From contig BQFW01000006.1 in the NCBI GenBank assembly GCA_020891255.1, forward strand, positions 1,550,001 through 1,614,000: a DNA stretch of 64,000 nt, written 5' to 3'. Below the pieces are notes generated by a model. The model worked only from the letters and a program-made list of their open reading frames with translations. It did not search any database and was not told the DNA's origin. This stretch comes from Entomortierella parvispora E1425. Its lineage: Eukaryota; Fungi; Mortierellomycota. The position numbers were made by a program, and so were the translations under genes. Positions 55,663 to 64,000 of this stretch are shown here, piece by piece (positions within the stretch are counted from its first letter, which is position 1; every line of letters begins with the position of its first letter).

Positions 55663-56252
55663 TTTTTGAAGATGTGAAAGCAGCGTATTTGTAAGAGAAA
55701 GAGAGGTTGAGAGGCAAGAGAAGCAAATGGAACTCTTTTCCTTGCTTTTATTGATGCAAACGTGCCCAACAGCTCCTCAACGAATGCTGGATCCTTTGGT
55801 CTATTTTCTTCCTCACCATCGCCGCACTTGCATCAATGCAAAAAAAAAAAAAAAAAAAAAAAAAGGGATGCACCGTCCTCTCGGAGGGTCCGTCCGCAAT
55901 CACGACCTTCTGCCAGTTTAGGAAAAGCACGCGGACAAAATTGGAGACAGATCTACGCCTGCCGAGAGGGTGAAAGGTGTTGTTGGTGTCCTCCTGCTGA
56001 AGCGAACGACTTTTTGTTTCCGAAATACCAACTGAGCATCTGCCACTTCATTACGCCCAGAGTCGCCAGGTAATGGAAACAGGGGTATCGCGCAGCTTCT
56101 TTGATGTCATTCACCGGATAAATAAGGTGCGTGATCAATAAGTAGTAGGACAAGATCGTGTCTCCAGCAAAAACTATGCAGTCCTCGGGAGATCTGTAGC
56201 GATATGCGTCTCTCTTCCTCGATTTGGCGAGTTGTGAGGATTTCCTAGCGCT

Positions 56253-57166
56253 CTATGCTCCTTTCAGCTTTCGCTCTAGCTCCAAAAAAGCCTTCATGCC
56301 GGGGTCCATGTCACGGTCCTCATCATCCTTGGAATTCGTGCCTGACCCTTTAGAGTTGGCGGAAGGTGTCAAATTGGGTGGTGGGGCAAGTCCGGTCTTT
56401 TCAATTTCTGTAAGGACAACGGCTAGCTTCCTCTTGTATTCCTGCCGATCATCCTCGTAAATATCATAGATGCAATGTGCACAACCACTAGAAATACATG
56501 CAGAGGTGAAGTCCGAGGTAGTTAGTATTACGTCATGATAACTGCAGTGAAGATGTTTCTAGCCATTTTGCGGACATGTCCCCTCAATTACCTCATACAA
56601 CAATCCTCAGCCCCTGGAGGAGTCGGCTTGATGGGAATTGCAAATCCGTGGTAGTTGGTAGAATCTGCTGAGGATCTTGACAGGGACGATACTGTCCCTG
56701 TGGCAAAGGTTGTTGATCCGCGAGAAACGGCAGTAGGTAAGGTATTCGAGGGTGACGCCGATGACGCTGACGGGAGAGCGTTTGCGTATCCTTTCTTGAC
56801 TTCCATCGCTGTAGGTGCATTGGAAGGAGAAATGGCTGTAGAACGCCCTTGAAACACATGGTCCTTTGAGAGGAGAAGCGTCGGGTCAGGCAATGTTTGA
56901 GGTTCTCGGTGATGGTTCAGGATCTCGGTCCACCATCCTGCATAACTGGGCTGCCTTTCCCGAATAGCATTCCGTCGTGTTATGATCCAGTCCTGATCCT
57001 CTGTTTCGAGCAACGGATCACTGGATGCTCTACTATCGGATGCTTTGTGATCTTGGTCTCTTGGGCTCCGAGTGGCATGCAGGCACCGTGCGCTGACTGC
57101 GTAGTTGCGAAATAAGCTGACAAGCGCAGCAGGACGCGCTCGACTGGAGGAGCAAACGAGTGGCAT
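56253..57166 (-). CDS. Oxidoreductase-like domain-containing protein (OXLD1-like), probably mitochondrial
   Basis: Presequence-like start (...LFRNYAVSARCLHAT), spliced PTPPGAEDCCM|SGCAHCIYDIYEDD motif, and C-terminal MDPGMKAFLELERKL. Confidence 0.85.
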
Positions 57167-57709
57167 TAGGAATGTAAATGTAGTCTAGGTGGGGTGAATG
57201 TATTAATGCTGGGGGTATAAATGGGCGCAAGGAAAGAGAGGCCCGGTCTTTTAAATAGAGAAGCGGATCCTGGAGCGCAGTTGTCGACATTCATCCATGG
57301 TCGGTTTTGTTCGATGGTGACCGATCCTTCTTCTCGCCATCCGAGAAGAGCCATCACGTGATGAATGGAACAACGCGCTTTTTTTTTTTTTTCCTTTTTC
57401 CTTTTTCCTTGGAAGGTGTCCCATGCTCCAACATAATCTCCCGTCTCTCTTTGTCTCTTTTTTGCTCATTCTCTTTGCCATCCTCCCCTTTGTTGCTGAT
57501 TGGCTGATTTCACACGCATCATTCTTTCCTTTCTCTCTCCTTTGCTTTCTCTTTCCTTCTCCTTGCATCTGCCCCTGCTCTCCCCCCACATCCCCTGGCG
57601 CGATGCTATACCACGCCATACGACTCGCCTGGTAACAAACCACCTACCCCGGACACCCGTCTGCAATCCGAGACGCGTTCTTGGTTTTGAGTGTGTGTCG
57701 TACAGCACA

Positions 57710-60696
57710 ATGACTGACCGAGGCATGGTGCCCCTGCCCCTGTTGAATTCTCATATTAGCATCACCTACTCCTCCTACAAGACATGGGCCGCCGTCGTTG
57801 ATCCCAAGGACAAGGGCCAATCTCGGCGACATCTCTTTCTGTGGCTCGTCTACCTGGCTGGACTTGCCCTGGAACCGATTGTGGACTCGGTTGCAGCCCA
57901 CAGGTATGCCGATGTTCTTTTTCTTTTTCCTTTGCTGTGGCTTCTTTCTAGGTAACTTGACGGTCGTTGACTTACTGCCACCTCTTTGCGTCTAGACTTG
58001 CGGCGTACGAGGGCATAAAAATCATTATCACGGGCTGGCTCCTGCTCGCGCACTACTATCTCTCCAAGACACCCAATGTTCGTGCATGGAGTACAAATAG
58101 ACAGGCGTCCACAAATCAACACAACACTCATGCACACCTGGAACAAAGTTCCAGCTTCAACAATGCGACAACAGCGGGTCTCCATCGGGAACAATCTTCA
58201 CTTCGACTCAGGCCTGAGTCAAGGAGTAGTCAGGGCCCCAAGGAGAGTCTTTCCTTCAGGCCAGCACCTCCAGGATCTGCGTCTGCTTCTTCGCTGGACT
58301 TTGGAAGGTTCAAAAGAGATCTGGAACTGAGACGTACAGGAAGCATCAGCAGCTCGGTTGCGCCTGTTCCCATCTCTAGGAATCCTACGCTCCTGCGGGA
58401 GGACTCGCGGGAACAAATGAATCGTGACGTCCAGGATCGCCCTATTTTCTCCTTAGAACGTCTCTCGAGACCCCTGGCGACTGCAAAATCCGCATCCGTA
58501 CCGCCAACCTGGGCAAGATCTGACACACATCGCAGCACAGACAACCAACCTCCCAGGACACATTCTTCACTGGAGCGTACAAGATCAAGATCTTCTTTCG
58601 CATCTCAAACACCTGGAGAACCACTGGAGCCTGCTGAGCATACCGTTTCGACACCAAAGCCATCGCAGCGGCGCATAGACAGGGTGGAGGTCACCAATCC
58701 TGGACGGAAGCGCAATTATTCCGAGACTTTGCCAGAACCGGGAGACACACGGCAACGTGCGGGAAGTGCGCCTCAAACGTCTCGCCTAACTATTCAGCAA
58801 ATGCTCCGTCAGCGCAACAGAGTCAATATTCGCCGTCGACCTACTGCAGTACGAGAAAACGCGGATCAAGACTTGGCAGAGCCGATGAGGGGAAGCAAGC
58901 GAACAAAATTAGCGCTGTTGGATGAGCGACAAGCAGCAGCAATAGGTCGTGTGCAGCAAGAGGAAGCGGGAAAGAGAGTAACAGAATCACGACAATCCAC
59001 CCAGCAGGATTCCCTGGATCCACCGCATTCCACACAACTACAACCCAAGCTTGCCTTCGCTCGACCCAAACCTCCTGGAAGACATCGAGCTAGTCTTCTT
59101 ACACATCATACTGCACCAGCGGCGATATCATCCTCAGAAACTCCTCTTGCGGTCTCCACAGAAGCTACGCTACTGCGCCAACGGACCCATCCGCCGAACC
59201 CACCTATGCACTCTGCTAGCTTTGAGTCACGGATGAACAACGTACGGGAATGGGTTAAAACCCGAAACCCCCCACCTTTGGCCTCGCCTCCACTAACGGC
59301 TACCTCGCATGACCAACACAAGGGCAGGACACCATCGCCTCCAGACCTTGCTCAATCATCTGGAGACAAATCTGACCCACAAGGCGCTAAACGGAAGGCT
59401 TCGCGCCAATTGGCCCCCAGCAAGGATACTAAACGACTGGCTCTAATGCAGCAGGAACGAGGTCGGCAGAGATCAATAACACCGCCTACAGACGATTTGG
59501 AAAGATCCGGACCAAAAGCCAGTAGAAGCCATGATCCTCGAAGGGATCATCCTCCTCCAGTACAAGACCGCCCTTCCTTGGATTGGAGCAAATTCGAACG
59601 CCAAAATCGACTTTTGTCAAAAAGGCCCTTGCCCTCTACTTCAAAATCAGCGCCTACACCAGCGGTTCCACTTTGGAAGACCCCTGTAAAGCCTAGCCCG
59701 CATCCTAATCCGTTTTTGCCAGAGGAGAGAGAGGATGCAGTGGGTCTGGAACCAGAGGATAATCCCTCACTAGCGCCTTTAGTCCGCCTTCGACAATCGC
59801 AGCTCCGACAACGTCAGCAGGAAGACCTACTTGGAATCCCTCACAAGGAAGACCCAGAGGACTCGCTACGGTTCAATCAGGCATTGGAACTTTGGCAACA
59901 AGAGGATGATGAGACTCTGGCGCGGAATGCTGCCAGGGAAGCAGAAGTGGCAGAGACAAGGAGGAGACACCATATTCTGGACAGTGGCGATGATTTGAAA
60001 CAAGGACCAGCCCGCGAAAGAAGCGTGGCAGGCGATAGGTTACTGACTCGTACAGTCCCCCGACTTGTCGAGTCCCCAGCGAGAAAGATTGCTACTCCAA
60101 GGAGAATAGCGTCGACACCGAGCCTTCTGCGAACCATTCCCTTCAATGGTGATAGTGCACAGAGACCTCTCCCAGACCTGCAGTCGAGACGCTCACGCCT
60201 GGAGGATGAACTGGAAGAAGACGACGGAAAGGAGCCAGCCTTCCAGCTCCATCGTCGGCCCCCTATTTTCGGAAGGAGCCTCACCGGCAATAGCGGCGGA
60301 AACGTTGCTAGTCCCAACACCCGAAAGCTGATTAGCACCACAGCAGCCGCGGCAGCATCTCTTGCTCGGTCCAAATCCAAATCACCCTACAACACCTATG
60401 CCAGGAGCCCTAGCAACAAATTGCTGCGAACCAAGGATGTGCTATCGACGACAGGGGTATCTGCGTCATCTTCTACACCTCGAAGGGAACAGCAACATCC
60501 AGGACTTTATACCCCTAGTAAAACCAGGACTGATCCCACCATGGCTGCCGCCGCTGCAGTCCCTTCCACGCCTACAAGAAATAACAAGGACGCTCGTCGG
60601 CCTTCGTTACCGCCTCAGTCGCCTTACAAGTCAACCCCAACAGTAATGAGCCGCTATGTTCAGCTGTCATATTCGGACGAGGAAGAGGACTCATGA
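57710..60696 (+). CDS. TB2/DP1/HVA22 (REEP/Yop1)-like membrane domain fused to a long disordered tail (about 964 aa)
   Basis: Exon 1 (57710-57903) plus exon 2 (57996-60696) give ITYSSYKT...RRHLFLWLVY...YEGIKIIITGWLL, matching the REEP pattern YxSYKA...WLxYWxV...YYExKxxFxxWL. The remainder is S/R/P/T-rich. Confidence 0.65.
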
Positions 60697-60957
60697 AAGG
60701 GTCCACCTCCAGCCGCCATGCAAAGAGTCGAATACCGACATTGTTGTTTTTGTATAATATATACCCGAGCTTCTTTTTTTTTTTTTTGGCTCGCTCTCAT
60801 CTTTTTCTCCTGTTTTTTTTCACCATTATCATCTTGTTGTTTGTGATTTGTCTACAATGTCGACTTTATGAATGTTTTTTTTTAAGAATGGAGGGGTGAG
60901 GTGCGAGGGAAAGGAGAAAAAAAAAAGATAAATGACAGAAAAGGATGGGGGGGATAT

Positions 60958-62777
60958 TTACTTGGTGCGCTTGTAGATGCGCTTCATGAAGGAGGTGAAG
61001 ACATCCTGGCTCAAGAGAGGGTGGTCAACCTTGGCGATCAAGGCGTTAAGACGGTTGTAGGACTCCTCCTCGTAGGCCTTGAAGAGACCCTCAACGTTGA
61101 TCTCGGCAAAGACCTCCTTGACAGCAATCACGTTGACCTCCTCACGGCGACCGTAGTTCTCCTATTGGATCAACAGAGTGACAAAAAAAAATCCAGTAAC
61201 AGTTAGGATAGGATGCAATTGGAAATAGAAAAGAGGAAAAGGAAGAAAAAGGAAACCACTTACGTCGAGGATCTTGCGCTGCTCAGGGGTGGCCTTGGCA
61301 AGGGCCTGGTTGATCAACCAAGAGCACTTGTTGTCCTCGATATCAGTTCCAATCTTGCCAATGGTGGCGGGGTTACCGTAGCAGTCCAAGTAATCATCCT
61401 GGACCTGGAAGTACTCGCCCAAAGGCAAGAGAATGCTCTCAGCCTGCTTGAAAGCAGCCTCATCTTTGACGCCAGCCTATTGAAAAAAACAAGGACAGAA
61501 CAAAAGGGTTAGATCATCACATCAATGAACTCCCATAAATGCACTGTAAATGAACGCTATTCAAATTGAACCATACCATGTGCATGGCAAGAGCGACGGG
61601 GAGGTAGAACGAGTAGTAAGCAGTCTTGTAGACGACAATGAACGAGTGCTTCTCAATGGAGAACTTTGAGAGATCGACATCATCCTCGGGGGCGGTGATC
61701 AAGTCCAAAAGCTGGCCCAACTCGGTCTGGTAGGTGGTCTCGTGGAAGAGCTCGATCAAGTCGACATAGTAAGCGTCCTTCTTGAAGTGCTTCTTCAAGA
61801 AAAAGTAGATGGCAGACTCGAGAATGAAGGCATCGTTGATGGCAATGTTGCCGACAGCCTCCTATCAACATTGGCAAAAAGAAAACAATGAACAAAAAAA
61901 ATGGTTCATGGAAAGTTAGTGGTTTTTGGTCCTATTGTGCTCTTGTGCAACCCTGCATCTTTTTGTTTTTCTTTTCTTTTGTTTTTTTTTTGTTCATTCT
62001 GTCGATCATTTGTTTGTTCCCCCCAACTTACAACGCGGTACCAGCAGGGCTGGCCACGGCGAGTCTTGCTGTTGTCCATGATATCGTCAGAGACCAAGAA
62101 GAAAGCTTGGAGCTATACAGAGTCGCAAAAACAAAAGAAAAAAGTCATCGTGTCAGAAAGAGATCAAAGACAGAAAGCGAGATAAAAAGCTGAAAAAAAA
62201 CAACGAAGCAGGCAACTTACCCACTCAATGCACCAGCCCAAAAGGTTGGCCTTGAAGATCTCCTCCTTGGACAAAGGCTCGCCGCGCTTGAGGATGCGGA
62301 GAGTCTCGGCAACGGTCAAACCACGGTTCATCTTGCCTATAAACAATTGACATGTGTAACGATTTAGTATTCTGCTATTTCCTCGCATTTGTTCAATATG
62401 GAAATCCCTCTAGAGTTCAACTGACATCGTTTTGGATGATGTCTCTCTGATGATCCAAGTCAAGCTCCTGCTACGGCAACTCACCTCCAAGAACGTTGTG
62501 GCGCATGGACTAGAAAGGCAAAGAGAAAGAATAACATGTTAGAATGGTATCTCAGAGATCATTGAAGTGGTGTAGAAGCAAGTTTATGAGGTTTTGAAGT
62601 GTGTGAGTGCAGATTGTATGAGTGAGAGTAAGATGTAAATGAGGATGAGGATGAACTTCTTACACGCTCGAACCACTCGATGGCATTCTCGGGGATGCGG
62701 AGGGATCGCAAGTGGCTGAGGAGCTCCTCGGCGAGGACGGGGAAGACGTCGTTGAATTCCTTGACAGCGTCAGTCAT
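60958..62777 (-). CDS. ERG20: Farnesyl diphosphate synthase
   Basis: [20 protein letters not shown] (FARM), [24 protein letters not shown] and FQVQDDYLD (SARM) motifs; 7 exons. Confidence 0.97.
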
Positions 62778-63526
62778 TGTGAGGTATTTTTGAGGATGAG
62801 AGGGAAGAGTGGGAAAGAGATGATGAATGGAAAGAGATTGAATGAGCGAAAAGACCGACGCTTTTTTATTTTGGCACAGAATGCGAGCGGAGGTATGATA
62901 GGGACGAGACAAGGGAAGGATTCTTGGTCGTGGGAAGAGAACGTCGCCCGTCCCTTTGCCCTCAGGCACAGATCAACAGTCACCCTCCCGCGCAGTGATT
63001 GGCCCGTGCCATTGTCATGCAACTCACAACGGTTCTTTTCCGTCTGCTCTGTCTGCATGCATGCTACTCTCTCTCTCTTTCCCAATTGCTTTTCTCTGAA
63101 CGTGTCGGGCTTGAGCTCATCACCCGATAGTAATGCCGCGACTTCTAGGCAATCATTCTCTCTAGATATTCCCTTTTGTTCCTTTCTTTCTTGTCTCTCT
63201 CCATGACGTGGTTCAATTAATAGTTCATTCTGAAAAATGTGATCAGGAGACCACGGGTGCCAGAGGTGGGGTGATGGACGACTATGGATAGTCGCGGATG
63301 GGAGAACGCGTGGTGCAATGTAGGTCAAAGTAGATTCTACGTGTAACAAGGAGAGTAGAGGCTTGGACATCTCGAATAGCGCTGGGTCCAAACTAGATAG
63401 TCTACTTCGATCAAACACCACTGCGGACGCCATGACAATACACAAAGGACAAAGATCCAGCTGGTCCTTTCGGCTATCACTTTTTTTTTTTTTTTTTTTT
63501 TTTTGCTTGTTCTTTCATGCTCTAAT

Positions 63527-64000
63527 CTAGTAGCCTCCTTGGTAGTATCCTCCTTGGTTAGGCGGTGGCATGTTATATTGTGGTGCTGGATAGTCTCCAT
63601 AGGCACCTCCGGGGGTGTATCCATTGACCTGTCCCTGATTGTGCCAGCCCTGGGGTGGGATAGAGCTCATTCGCTTGTTGATCGCACTCGTGAATCCAGG
63701 ATTCGGTGGATAGTATCCCAATTCTTCCCCTCCTCCTCCGCCACCACCTCCGTATTGCGAAGAATTGTCAAACTGTCCCTCTAAACAATGACGGGGGAAG
63801 ACGCCCTTGATGCCGCCTCTCGTGTTATTAACGCCCATACACCAACCATCGTCATACTCCTGCAAGATCGTGACCGAGTCTCCGAGGTTGATCTCAATCT
63901 CATCTGCCAACGCGGGCGTGTAGGTCGATCTCACACTAAACGTCCCCAGGGGCTTGGTCGGTGTCATCGGAAGGCTCTCCTTGGCCTTGGACGCCTCGGA
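63527..64000 (-). CDS. C-terminal part of an SH3-domain protein (5' end lies outside the window)
   Basis: STYTPALADEIEINLGDSVTILQEYDDGWCMG...GVFPRHCL SH3 signature followed by a G/Y/P-rich tail. Confidence 0.88.
   Translation of the reverse strand, partial: SEASKAKESLPMTPTKPLGTFSVRSTYTPALADEIEINLGDSVTILQEYDDGWCMGVNNTRGGIKGVFPRHCLEGQFDNSSQYGGGGGGGGEELGYYPPNPGFTSAINKRMSSIPPQGWHNQGQVNGYTPGGAYGDYPAPQYNMPPPNQGGYYQGGY

Overview
Gene-dense, intron-rich eukaryotic DNA, most likely from an early-diverging fungus. Mortierellaceae is my inference from intron style, homopolymer tracts, an 'ALELPEIL'-type F-box/LRR gene and gene content. I reconstructed about 25 protein-coding genes by joining ORF fragments across splice sites. 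Housekeeping genes include SPT3, EPL1, RPL20, MCM3, a CDF transporter, GSH1, ORC3, aminopeptidase P, SEC23 and ERG20. The most notable content is (i) homologs of three endomembrane genes that yeasts lack (C9orf72, Rab32/38 and the AP-4 accessory protein tepsin) plus a REEP-like protein with a very long disordered tail; (ii) two intronless secreted proteins, one with 14 Cys and one with tandem beta/gamma-crystallin/MiAMP1-like domains; (iii) a bacterial DUF6787-like membrane domain behind a mitochondrial-type presequence; (iv) two TATA-supported microprotein genes; (v) splice-site oddities (two GC-AG introns, two poly(A)-preceded acceptors). I found no tRNA, rRNA, CRISPR array or transposon. 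All family calls come from recognising motifs by eye; no database search was run.
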